A DNA stretch of 63,471 nucleotides, counting the filler, from Octopus bimaculoides (taxonomy: Eukaryota), in the NCBI RefSeq assembly GCF_001194135.2. It is 6 parts of 6 records of this genome, joined end to end, with 100 filler letters (N's around TTAATTAATTAA, not from the genome) between each part and the next. Parts side by side here need not be neighbours in the genome. Positions count along the whole stretch, not along the records: positions 18,781 to 41,653 come from NC_068993.1; positions 41,754 to 50,673 come from NC_068985.1; positions 50,774 to 58,817 come from NW_026435278.1; 3 more parts are not named here. One strand, given 5' to 3'. The position numbers and the translations under genes are program-made. A model generated the notes under the pieces. The model saw only the letters and a program-made list of their open reading frames with translations. It searched no databases and had not been told where the DNA came from. This document shows, one piece after another, positions 40,499-52,745 of this stretch (position 1 is the stretch's first letter; every line of letters starts with the position of its first letter).

Positions 40499-40887
40499 TT
40501 ATGAACTGCATCTCAATTCACAAACGCAAACATACACACATACGATGAAGAGTTGTCGGTCTTGGGGTATTTATAAGACCATACAACATATTTTGCCCGT
40601 CAATATATTTGATTTTAAGATAATATCAAAGAGAATTTGATTAATGGCTGTAGCTGTGTCTGTGTGTTCTTTGCTGAGATGAAATATTTTATAGACGAAA
40701 GAAATTCAACAAAGCAGCTAATCATATGTCTGTATTTTATTTTTTCTTCTCCGTCTAACTCGTCGATTATTGTTAGTTATTTTTAAAATTCTACTTCTTT
40801 TATTTTTATCTTTTATTTTTCTATTTGACAGAAGATGTTAATTGTTGTTCGCTGAATTTTTTACACGTTGCCGTTAGTCAACACATG

Positions 40888-41266
40888 CAGTGGCGGATCT
40901 ACCATAAAACTAATAAAACTTAAGCTTCAGGGCCCCTAATCCCGAATGGGACCCCTCTGAAGCAAGTATTTTTTCATTTTGTATTTTTTCATTCAGCCAT
41001 GGAACAACCACATCGACAAAGATATCGGTACTTACCCACACCTTATTTCTGGTGGAAAGACGGCTCCTTTTCAAACTCATTTTTAAGGACTCCACGTCAC
41101 AACTCCACCATTTGGGCTGTCAGGGTCTCAAGCTGGAGTTCCTTGCAAGGGCACGAAAATTCTTTGACCCACCCTTGTTTGATGTTACCCTGTTGTTGCT
41201 GGTTGTAAAGGGGGGCCTCCATAACATTATAAGCTTCAGAGCCCGAATATTGTACATCCGCCACTG
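40888..41266. mobile_element. Non-autonomous TIR element (MITE, hAT-like termini)
   Basis: Perfect 11-bp TIRs CAGTGGCGGAT / ATCCGCCACTG; subterminal TAAGCTTCAG(G/A)GCCC near both ends; no ORF; TSD not recognisable. Confidence 0.75.
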
Positions 41267-41753
41267 ATATATATATATATATATATAAAACAAAGTTCAA
41301 CAAATCATATACTTAATACACTTATATAAAATTTCATATCTTCGCCTTTTGACACTATTAAATTCAAAGTAAAGTATGGAGAAACAACGTTAGAAATCTT
41401 TAGGAAACTACTCCAAATAAAGGACGAATTCACTTTCAACCCTTTTAAACACTATATATATCTACGGATATATATATATATACATACACATACACAAATC
41501 CATCACTGCTGGAAATGTAAAAATCCGTATCACTTTCCAGAAGTTTATCATTTAAATGTATACGAGCATGTCTAGATATGTAACCATATGCATGAGAATA
41601 CATACATAAAACATACAAATCTTCACATACATACATACATACTTATATATATANNNNNNNNNNNNNNNNNNNNNNNNNNNNNNNNNNNNNNNNNNNNTTA
41701 ATTAATTAANNNNNNNNNNNNNNNNNNNNNNNNNNNNNNNNNNNNNNNNNNNN

Positions 41754-41960
41754 GTGTGTTTGTGTGTCTGTGTTTGTCCCCCTAGCATTGCTTGACAACC
41801 GATGCTGGTGTGTTTATGTCCCCGTAACTTAGCGGTTCGGCAAAAGATACCGATAGAATAAGTACTAGGCTTACAAAGAATAAGTCCCGGGGTCGATTTG
41901 CTCGACTAAAGGCGGTGCTCCAGCATGGCCGCAGTCAAATGACTGAAACAAATAAAAGAA
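41754..41960 (+). mobile_element. CORE-type SINE (family A) tail half
   Basis: GTGTTTGTCCCCCTAGCATTGCTTGACAACCGATGCTGG...GGCGGTGCTCCAGCATGGCCGCAGTCAAATGACTGAAACAAATAAAAG; head presumably in the preceding gap. Confidence 0.88.
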
Positions 41961-41967
41961 TAAAATA

Positions 41968-41998
<31 letters not shown>

Positions 41999-43740
41999 TA
42001 TATACATATATATATATATATACATACATAAATTACATACATACATACATACACACACGCATACACACACATATGTATATATATATAATTATGTAGGTAT
42101 GTACATATGTGAATGTGTGCGTGTGCGTATGTGTATGTATACACATACACACGCGCACACACAGAGGAATAGGGATTGTAAAATCTAGTTGAACATATTT
42201 AAGTGCACTGTAGTATTCCAACTAGGTTAACTACATCGGCCTTTGAAAATCGTTTCGATTCATATAGATCATATAGTAACATTTGAACTCCAATTTTATT
42301 ACGAAATTAAAAGTTTATTACAGAATATTGTGTACCACATCACAGAGAATCTTAGAAACACAAAGAGGAATGGAGGTTTATACATTTTACATCATGGTTT
42401 ATAATTTATAATTTGTTCACGGGTGTTTTAGATAAACCTATGTCGCTTAATACGATGATGCGCTAGTTCTGCCCATTAATTGATTCATAGAAAACAAAAA
42501 GCATATCTTCATAGTAATGACACTGCCAAGAATATGATACTGTAGTGCACCAATCAAAAATTGACCAACAGCAGCCAAGTGGGTGAGGGACAGTTTTACA
42601 CCGAGGACAAATAAGGTTGGGATACTATCGAAATGTTATATGGTAGAATTACTGTCGTGTACAATTATTACTGACCTCAAAGGAAAAGATGAAGTTCATG
42701 TACTCTAAGTTATGTCAAATGTTTATCATTATTGTCGTCATTCAAATTGTTGATTACTAATAACTAGGAAAACGGGCATTTCTTTGGAAAACAGTTTATT
42801 TTGTTAAAGTTACAAGGAAAAAGATAATTGGTAATTCATTTGTAAATATAAAATAATGTTATCTGTTATGGAAATGATATGCTTAAACTTTTAGTTAAGA
42901 TAATAATAAAAGAATTGCAACATTGCAAATCCTAGAGGAAAGAACTCAATTTAAGATAAATGTTATTGAAAATAGAAAGGAAAAAGTAAAATATAAAACA
43001 CAAAACAAGATATAAAACGAAGTAAGACTGACTCTTTAATGAAGTTAAACGATGATTAGTTGGTTAGGTACATATTTAACCAATTGGCTAATAATAAAGA
43101 AGTGGGACTGAACCAGTGAGTGTGTTATTGATATTGGCGTCATGGATTTCTCTAGACACAAACAAGTAAATATCAATGGAAAATACAATAATGACTGTAA
43201 CAAAAAAAAAGTCATGAGCAAGTAATGAATCACATTGTGTTCAGTTCATGGGTGTAAATGAAACAGCTAGAAAATTAAAAGTAATTAGGAATACTAATTA
43301 GGAGTAGACATCATAGTAATAAATGGTTCATTATAAGACGGTGGTTATTTGTGATGTAACCTATGCCCAAAGGAAGTTTTCCATATGCTACAGTCAAAAA
43401 ATGGAGACTAGTATCAGAATGCTTTAGAGGATCGCTTAGATAATTGTGGATAAATTTTATTTTACATGAAAACTTTGACTGCCTTGTGAATTTACAAATA
43501 TAGTATTATTATTAGTAGTTTCAGCTCTATTTCGAAATTTGTAAGACATGCCAGGAGCAACAACTTTGCAACAATGAAATACAGATTCATAGCTAACCTA
43601 TTTCTGTTCTCTATCTTGTCGTTTGCATTCAAGTTTTTAAACAAAAGTAATCCTCAATAAAAGCAACCCTCAACAAAAGCAAAGTGTTCTATTTGAAAAT
43701 TGAACAGATTTTAAGTGGTTTAGTTCTGTTAACAACTAAC

Positions 43741-43863
43741 CCGATAGTGATCCAACATTTCTTTTCATGGGTTCCTATTACCACCTCAACGAAGAACCAT
43801 GTGCTAAACATCTTGCCTGCTGTAAGCCCAATAAGGACTACGCTTCCAAGAAACAGTATCTTC
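43741..43863 (-). CDS. Candidate exon of an unidentified host gene
   Basis: Acceptor gttgattttgttgccacttttAG; either a 123-nt symmetric exon to GG|GTTAGT (KILFLGSVVLIGLTAGKMFSTWFFVEVVIGTHEKKCWITI) or a terminal exon EDTVSWKRSPYWAYSRQDV*. No homolog recognised. Confidence 0.25.
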
Positions 43864-44616
43864 CTAAAAGTGGCAACAAAATCAACATTACGATGACACA
43901 ATTTCATTATTTATGAAAACTTTTATAGCCACCATTTGTAGCATATGTTTGTCTACAAAAATCTCTTCACCGCAACAACTATAAAAGTTACAATGTTTTG
44001 ACAGTTCTCTCTCTATTTCTCTCCCAGTATCTCTTTCTTTATATGTGTTCCACACACACATATATCTTTATACACGCGTGTGTATGTCTCTTTGTGTCTG
44101 TGTTTCCCTGTCTCCGCTGTGTATGAACAATCCTCAATGTCTAAATGTAAGTATACTGTTAGTGCTTAGTATTTCACTATTGTTGCTCACTGTTTTGTCA
44201 TTTTAATGTCACAAAGCAAACCATCTATCTTAATTCTGAGTATTTCAACTGATATACCTCTGTTCGCCGATTACAAGGCTGCTTTGTTTATGCTTTGTTT
44301 TATTTCGACAGGCGAAAGGATAACGTTTACTTTGAAATACAAACAAACCAGATAACATTATCATTTTCCTTCTTCTAATGTCTAGCGTCCGCGCACACAC
44401 AGACACGCATACATACACGGTACAAAACTGCTTTTGTGCTTTATATTAAATATTTATTTCCCCATTTATATTCATAAACATATTGGGCTGTTCTAATTTC
44501 TTGATATATCTGAAACTCTCTTTATCTGCTGTCAAAACCATTCCGTACTTACGAAAAATTTATAACAATCCGATTAGGGCGTTTAATTTAAATCGTAATA
44601 TCTTATAAAACGGATG

Positions 44617-44792
44617 ACGGTAAACTGGCCGAATGGACAGGACGCCAGATTATTTAGCAGAATTTCTTCAAGATCGTTACGTTCTGATCTCAAATTCCGC
44701 CGTTCAAATGATGGTGTCTATGTAATCAGATTGTCCCACTCCACTTACATTTGATGGCCTTGTGCAGAAATTAGAAACAATATTATATATGC
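44617..44792 (+). mobile_element. Family B SINE, degenerate with core deleted
   Basis: Head AAACTGGCCGAATGG...TACGTTCTGATCTCAAATTCCGCC and tail GGCCTTGTGCAGAAATTAGAAACAATATT. Confidence 0.65.
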
Positions 44793-44874
44793 TGCAAATA
44801 CCTCCAATGAAATAAAAATGTCTTCACCATACTAAACTGAAGACCGAGAAAACAACACATATGCTACACATATC

Positions 44875-45075
44875 CTCTTTTACTTATTTCAATCATTTGA
44901 CTGCGACTATGCTGGAGCACCACCTTTAGTCGAGCAAATCGGCCCCAATTCTTATTCTTTGTAAGCCTAGTATTTAATCTTTCTGTCTCTTTTACCGAAC
45001 CGCTAGGTTACGTGGACGTAAACGCATCAGCATCGGTTGTCAAGCGATGTTGGGGTGGGGCAAACACAGACGCAC
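44875..45075 (-). mobile_element. CORE-type SINE (family A) tail half
   Basis: Reverse complement of 41754-41960 with scattered mismatches; followed by (CA)n. Confidence 0.88.
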
Positions 45076-45084
45076 AAACACACA

Positions 45085-45137
<53 letters not shown>

Positions 45138-45759
45138 CANNNNNNNNNNACACACACACACACACACACATATCACGGGTATTGTCCACCATGAGTATAG
45201 CTAAAGATGTGTGCGAAAAGTGTAACAGCAGATGACTGGAATTTAAGTGGTTGTGAAGTCAATTTTCAAGATTCCCAACGTCTCAACTAATGCTGAAGTT
45301 GCTTAAAGTTTCGTGCTTCTGGAATTTATTTTGGAATTCTTTGCTAACAGCAGTCACAAAACTGGTTATAAGAAATCTTTGTTTGAATCTAATACAGGAA
45401 AACGTCGAGATGCGTTTAACAAGGAAACTGCGGGCAACGGCAACAGAAGGTGAAAGACAGCAAAACCTCCATTTCCAAAAGAGTAGAACAGACCGTAGAA
45501 GGATTCATGTTTTATAAAATATCGCTTATTGATTCATAAATCCATGGTTTAAGAAACAGGGAGAAAGGGTAGCAGTAACATATTAATATCAGAGAAAAAG
45601 TAGCAGTAACGAATTAATACTAGGATAATTCATATGATATTTCTTGTTAGTGGATCCTGAACATATTAGCTATGAATAAGGTAGCTTTGATAATAACAAT
45701 ACATGAAATACATTATGTATAAATGGCAAAGCATTCCGCTGATACAAAGAGATAATTAC

Positions 45760-47590
45760 AAAATTAACCCCTTGTCTCTTAGAAGCGGAATATCTCACAA
45801 GGACTCGCTTTCTCTTATTAATTTTCTGTTTGCTGTCAACAAGTTTAATAGCTTCGAAGAGAGGAATATTAAGTAAGAACCCTAATGTCATGAGAGATAA
45901 CGAAGTAGGAAGATGGGAATTTATCCAAACAAAGATTTAGAAACATAAAGAGAAAATTATAAAAGAAAAAGCAATCTCTATTCGAAGGAAGCGTTTCAAG
46001 AGCCGTCTGCTCTCGTCTCACTCCTTTACGCAAGATATTAAACAAGATTGTTTTGGAAAGACTGCGCGGCAGATAATACACAGAAATTCATCCAGAGGCA
46101 GTACATCGTTTAACGGAGACATTGATATGAGATTCCAGTTAGTAAAATACGTCAATGCAAACTCGAAGAAAGTAAAATTAATTAAGAACATTAATGTTAT
46201 GTTAGATAAAGAGTTAAAGATAAAAGTATTACGACAAACACCGAATTATAATTAATTTAGAATCAATGGATGTGTCAATGTGCAATACAATTTAAAGGAA
46301 ATGATAGAAGGAAATATAATGGACGTATTTGATATATATTTAAAACAAATATAAATACAGCAAAGGGAATATAATAGAGACCAACTTTGTAACAGCGAGA
46401 GTAATAAATTATATTGACAATACTCTCGAATGAGAAAGAAATGAATTAGCAAGACCAGACAGCAAAAACTTACAAAACGATGACTGTACTCTTAACAACC
46501 CGAAATTTGACTGAGAATCCTATTTGCCACTTTTGAAGTAGAGTCGGTAGTTTGAACAACTAGAAAGCTATTATATAGGAAAGTAAAAATAACAATCAGT
46601 TTAGGATTACGAATAGATCCACTAAAGAACGACCGAAAAATAATGGAAATAACAAAAACCCACATGAAGTAAAAAAAAAAAAATGTCTTTTGTCGCCAAT
46701 CAAGCAAACATATAAACACTAACAAATATAAAATAAAGGTGAAAGTTTCGAGGATAAACCATAGATGACAGAAATTGTGATAAAGCTATTAACTATGATA
46801 AAATGAAGCTACAGACTAAAAAGATAGCAAGAAAAGTTTTAAGTGGCCAATACATAAAGAAATTCAACAGGAGAAGCAATGCGTGGGAAATGATAAAATC
46901 AAAGGCAAAATAACAATCCAACAATGTCTAAGTAGTGTAGAACTCAATACGGAAACCGAAGATTTTAATTGTTTTTTTTTTGTAGCGGCACATTAAGAAA
47001 GCCTTCTCAGTACAGATCCAGAGGAAATATTAAATTGAAGCAGAATATATTAACTAACTACATACTCTTCAGAAATTACACACTAAGTGGAATTTGGAAA
47101 TGAATAATTAACCGCCTATGGTTACTCTACCTGCGCAAAGAGAGAATACACCAATTAGAAAGTGAGAGATGGCGATATCATATCTTGAAAATTATGTTAA
47201 CTCTATGGAATACTGACGGAAACGAATAATGTTTACTGGTAGCAGAAAGGTTCTCTGAGAATAATAAATTGGATATAGACTGGAATATATCAGTCTATAC
47301 AGCCCAACACTGCAGTGAGAGAGGGGAAACGGAGAAGGGGAGAACGACAGAAACAAAGTAAGTGAGAGAAAGACAAAAAGAGAGAGAGAGTATTCGAGGT
47401 TAATCGAACAGTAACTGTCGTCAAAAATAGCGAAGAGACATCCTCTAAATTGATGTATAAAACCGGATACACGATAATTTATAACCAAATCAAATCAACA
47501 ATTCTGACAAAATATAAAGACCTCCAAATAAATAACCAGAAAAGGGAGGTGAATACCAAAATAATTCTCATAACAATGGGTATGTTATTA
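45760..47590 (+). mobile_element. Old Dong/R4-like RLE LINE relic (RT through endonuclease)
   Basis: LRSGISHKDSLSLINFLFAVN (RGIxQGDSLSPLLF), GDIDMRFQLVKY (DIGMEFGLDKC), NPKFD.ESYLP (HPKSD.ERLYLP), KYKDLQI...TKIILITMG (KYKDL...IPIIVG); heavily mutated. Confidence 0.7.
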
Positions 47591-47646
47591 CTCATTAAAA
47601 TACGGTCGGATCAATAGAAATCCAATAATCATTAATTTACACAGTC

Positions 47647-47937
47647 TGTTGTGTCTCGTCAACACTGTATATGCCACGTTATAACGTGGACTTATAACAA
47701 GATTATAACAATGCAAATATAAATTAGAAACAACATATAACAAATAATATCTCTTCTCAACGACTACTACGACAGTCTTCACAAAGTGTCTGCGCACACC
47801 ACACTGCATTTCTTTATTGGCCACACAGGACCTAACATAGAGGGGATAAACGAAGAAAAACAAAGCAGAAAGTGGGGAAAATAAAATGGGCTGAAGAGAA
47901 TGGTAATCATAAGAGAAGAGGCATAACGGCGTCAACA
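47647..47937 (-). repeat. Putative 3' LTR of the adjacent Gypsy relic
   Basis: Minus strand starts TGTTG (47937) and ends CAACA (47647), has an internal AATAAA (47813-47818) and lies downstream of the pol remnant; polypurine tract poor. Confidence 0.35.
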
Positions 47938-49150
47938 CGAAACTCCACACTCCAGATAATGCATTCAGCATTTTTAGAAAGAGATTTTAAACAGTTATTC
48001 TCGTCTCTTTCCTCTCACCTGGGTCTTCATCGTTCGGCTTCTCTTGCTGTTCCTTTGATGCATCCTGTTTTTCTTCATGTGCTTCAGGTTGAAGGGCCTA
48101 GGTGCATGTTAGTCGAAACATCTTGGGATTCTGCCCTACAGCGAGACTCTCAGTTTCGTCGCATCAGGCAGAATTATAAATTCCGGAATTTCCTCCAGTT
48201 CCGCTAGTGTGGCTTGACTTGCCGCCTGAACACTCCCTTCACACATGTTCTGCATTTTTTCTTCCTCGAACTCCAGCAGTGTCACCTCCTCCTTGATATT
48301 GGAGCCCATCCGCATGTCCTAATTTTTCGAAGGTAGAAACTCCATCTTAAAATCATAATCTAGGAGGATCGTCCGCCAGCGTTGCAGTCGGTTGGCTATA
48401 TGTGTGGGAATATCATTTCTCGATTCGTGAATTGATAACAATGGGCAGTGATCTGTTTGCAGACTGAAATTCCTTCTATTTATGAATTTGTTAAACGTTT
48501 TCACCGCAAAAATAATGACTAGTGCCTCCTTCTCAATGTCGTTGTAGTTTTGTTCAGCCCTCAACAATGAACATGGAGCATGGGTTTTACGCAACCATTT
48601 TCATACTTACGTAAAATTGTCGCTCTTATACCACTTTCACTGGCATCTGAGGCAACTACTATTTTTAAATTTGGACCAAAGTCCGATAATGATAGTTCTG
48701 AGGATAAATCTTTTTTTAATATCTTCAAACACTTTTTAACACCTGCCTGACCAATACCATTTAATGCCTTTTTTCCAATAGGTTATTTAGAGGTCATCTT
48801 AGCTCATGCATGTTTGGTATGTATGTTTGGTTATAGGTCGAGAATCCTAAGAATGCTTGTAATGTAATAGTTTTCGTAGTAGGCATGATTATTATTGTTG
48901 TCAATCTTGTGGTAACTGGCCTGCGACCATTTTCATCGATAACTTACCGAAAATACTTTATTTCAGGCATAAAAAATTCGCATTTTTCCTCGCAAATTTG
49001 AATTCATACTCCTTAATCTTCTCAAGATCCATTTTAACACGTTCCCCATGCTGGCCTCTAGACTCACTAGATAGAAGAATGTTTATTGATTATTACAATT
49101 GATTCGGCTCAAAGAGCATCGATCATTAACGGGTGGAATACTGAAAAACT
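47938..49150 (-). mobile_element. Ty3/Gypsy pol relic (RT C-terminal part + RNase H), same family as 5100-6025
   Basis: ILLSSESRGQHGERVK...EKIKEYEFK; HAPCSLLRAEQNYNDIEKEALVIIFAVKTFNKFINRRNFSLQTDHCPLLSIHESRNDIPTHIANRLQRWRTILLDYDFKMEFLPS, then KLGHADGL. Confidence 0.9.
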
Positions 49151-49627
49151 GGTGAGAAAATATCCGTTGTGGTAGATGTGTCACCTGAGGTGATTACCAG
49201 ATGTATCTCGTTAAAATAAAGTATGTTCTGCGAGTTTGCTTCGCGGTATGCGCCAGTGACTGAAGTGGCTGTGTAGGCCAAGGGTGGTATAGAAGGGCTC
49301 GGGGCATTTATTGTTGCTAACTTCTAATCTTTGCCCCTTTGCGTCTGATATTTTCCATCTGACCGTTCTGATGGTATATGTCACCGCTTTGCAGAACAGA
49401 CGTTATTTTAGCGAGATACATCATTCAATCAACTGAAGAGACACATCTATACCAAATGATACTCCTAAACCAGTTGTTCAGTATGCAACACGTGAGGAAT
49501 CGATGGTAGATGGGTTGAAGGAATTGTAGTGAATAATAAACATTCTCGTGTCTTCCATTTTCTGTCTCTCTCACTCTCTCATACATGCGTACATACATAC
49601 ATATATAAATATAATATATCATATATC

Positions 49628-49669
<42 letters not shown>

Positions 49670-50607
49670 NNNNNNNNNNNNNNNNNNNNNNNNNNNNNNN
49701 NNNNNNNNNNNNNNNNNNNNNNNNNNNNNNNNNNNNNNNNNNNNNNNNNNNNNNNNNNNNNNNNNNNNNNNNNNNNNNNNNNNNNNNNNNNNNNNNNNNN
49801 NNNNNNNNNNNNNNNNNNNNNNNNNNNNNNNNNNNNNNNNNNNNNNNNNNNNNNNNNNNNNNNNNNNNNNNNNNNNNNNNNNNNNNNNNNNNNNNNNNNN
49901 NNNNNNNNNNNNNNNNNNNNNNNNNNNNNNNNNNNNNNNNNNNNNNNNNNNNNNNNNNNNNNNNNNNNNNNNNNNNNNNNNNNNNNNNNNNNNNNNNNNN
50001 NNNNNNNNNNNNNNNNNNNNNNNNNNNNNNNNNNNNNNNNNNNNNNNNNNNNNNNNNNNNNNTTAAGTTAATTGGATACGAATCGTTTCATGGTTAAGTG
50101 AATGGAAATTTCACTATTCCAATCTTCAGCCCAAATATTCTGATAAATTTGAAAGTGTCTCTAAAAAAATTCACGGTAATTCTTGGCCATGCGACACCAA
50201 AAATCAACGATAAGAAAGGCACTTACGAATTCATCGGCTAGTGAGTTCAGGCATCCCACCTCAAAAGAAATCTATTCCATGTGCGTCACAAATAGTCCCG
50301 TATGAAAAGAAGTCCCGTGGGGAGGGATTACGGTTTATATATATATGTATGCATGTATAATCTCATATCTATATATATACATATATATATATATATATCG
50401 TTTTTTTTCATCTGATTTGCAAATATATATATATCTATCTACATCGGGAAATAGACCTAGATGAAAAGCAAAACAAACGACAAAAATTCAAACCGAATAA
50501 TTTATGGATTCATACGAAAATCTCGTGTCTTCCATTTTCTGTCTCTCTCACTCTCTCATACATGCGTACATACATACATATATAAATATAATATATCATA
50601 TATCATG

Positions 50608-50638
<31 letters not shown>

Positions 50639-50773
50639 GCATAAATTCATATTTATCTACATATATACATATANNNNNNNNNNNNNNNNNNNNNNNNNNN
50701 NNNNNNNNNNNNNNNNNTTAATTAATTAANNNNNNNNNNNNNNNNNNNNNNNNNNNNNNNNNNNNNNNNNNNN

Positions 50774-50815
<42 letters not shown>

Positions 50816-50997
50816 ACGTTTATATATATGTATATATATATATATGTAATGTTTATATATACGTATATATATATATATATGTAATGTTTATATATATATA
50901 TGTGTGTGTATATATATATATATATATGTAATGTTTATATATATGTGTATATATATATGTAATGTTTATATATATATATATATGTAATGTTTATATA
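50774..50997. repeat. (TA)n-derived minisatellite with recurring GTAATGTTT
   Basis: About six GTAATGTTT/GTAACGTTT units separated by variable TA/TG runs. Confidence 0.9.
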
Positions 50998-51861
50998 ATA
51001 AAATTAAAATTGCCAGCGTTCCAGGAAGCGAAACAAACTGGGGTGAATGAGCGCAGAAACTGGGTACAATTAAAAGCACTATCCTGGAGCTGTACTATAT
51101 CTTTGTTTTAGCTTTCTTTTTTCTTCCTGTCTTTGTATATTTGTTTGCTTGATTTTGTTTACTTGTGGTTTTGGTGGTGGGGGTAGTGCTCGGAGAAATT
51201 TAGAGAATTTACTACATCCTCCCCTCCTTCTATCCCAGCTTCCTTGGGATATTATCGCCCGTCCCCCCCATGAACACACACATATACATATACGTAGATA
51301 TATACATATATACACTCCCGACTTGTGGCAAGTCATACTGTTATCATTTCGTCTGTCTTTCTCCTAACTCCGGCCCAAAAGTCTCTGCCACCGACGTTGT
51401 GCCGCCACAATCACCACTACCACCTACGCCACCATGATGCTTCCAAAACCGTACTGCTGTCAACGCCGTGACATCTCTCCACCGCCGATGCCACTGCTGT
51501 ACATAGTGCACAGAACATCCAATCCAACCAATCTATTTCTTATGTGTTGTGCTGAGGCAAGGAGAAAAATATTTCTAACATTCATTTTTGTAACCAAGCT
51601 TCCGGCGAAAGAAAATAACACATAAAAGTTTGAAAGCAAAATTATTTTTCTTTTGGCGGTCATTTTGTTTGTCTTAATGTTTCATAGTTTAAGTTTTTTT
51701 AATTTTTCTCGTTTATTTTATACTTTCCGAGTATCTGGAAATAGGGACAGAGTAATGATACTTGTAAGCCCACAATGTTTAAATTTTTCTCGATGCTGAA
51801 ATACCGATTAGGAGTAAAGATAGACTACGCCTTTTCCCTTTTTTCCTATTTAGTAAATGAT

Positions 51862-52074
51862 AAGCGGGTGAATTGGTAGAACCGTTAGCACGCTGGGCAA
51901 AATGTTTTGCAGCATTTCGTACGTCTTTACGTTCTGAGTTCAAATTCCACCGAGGTCAACTTTTATCGTTTCGTGGTCGATAAAATACATACCAGTTGAG
52001 CACTGAGGTCGATGTACTCGACTCATACTCTCACCCAAAATTTCAGGCCTTGTGCCGAAATTGGAAACCAATAT
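51862..52074 (+). mobile_element. Nin/Deu-domain tRNA-derived SINE (family B), near full length
   Basis: A box region AATTGGTAGAACCGTTAG, B box GAGTTCAAATTCC, core TCGTGGTCGATAAAATACATACCAG, tail GGCCTTGTGCCGAAATTGGAAACCAATATT. Confidence 0.88.
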
Positions 52075-52551
52075 TTAGCAAATAAAAGACAAAACTACTG
52101 AAGAGTGGGTGTTAGTTTATTATAGACATTATTTCTTGGTACACTTCTATCTTANNNNNNNNNNNNNNNNNNNNNNNNNNNNNNNNNNNNNNNNNNNNNN
52201 NNNNNNNNNNNNNNNNNNNNNNNNNNNNNNNNNNNNNNNNNNNNNNNNNNNNNNNNNNNNNNNNNNNNNNNNNNNNNNNNNNNNNNNNNNNNNNNNNNNN
52301 NNNNNNNNNNNNNNNNNNNNNNNNNNNNNNNNNNNNNNNNNNNNNNNNNNNNNNNNNNNNNNNNNNNNNNNNNNNNNNNNNNNNNNNNNNNNNNNNNNNN
52401 NNNNNNNNNNNNNNNNNNNNNNNNNNNNNNNNNNNNNNNNNNNNNNNNNNNNNNNNNNNNNNNNNNNNNNNNNNNNNNNNNNNNNNNNNNNNNNNNNNNN
52501 NNNNNNNNNNNNNNNNNNNNNNNNNNNNNNNNNNNNNNNNNNNNNNNNNNN

Positions 52552-52580
<29 letters not shown>

Positions 52581-52584
<4 letters not shown>

Positions 52585-52745
52585 GACGGGCTTCTTTCAG
52601 TTTCCGTCTACCAAATCTAACTCACATGACTCTACTCCCTTTCGGAGTAGATAAATTAAGTATCAGTTGCATACTGGGGTCTATCTAATCGACTGACCTC
52701 GTCGCAAAAAAATTTTGGGCCTTGTGCCTAGAGTAGAAAAGTATA
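52581..52745. mobile_element. Family A head fragment (minus) fused to family B core and tail (plus)
   Basis: CGACGGGCTTCTTTCAGTTTCCGTCTACCAAATC followed by TTTCGGAGTAGATAAATTAAGTATCAG...GGCCTTGTGCCTAGAGTAGAAAAG. Confidence 0.7.
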
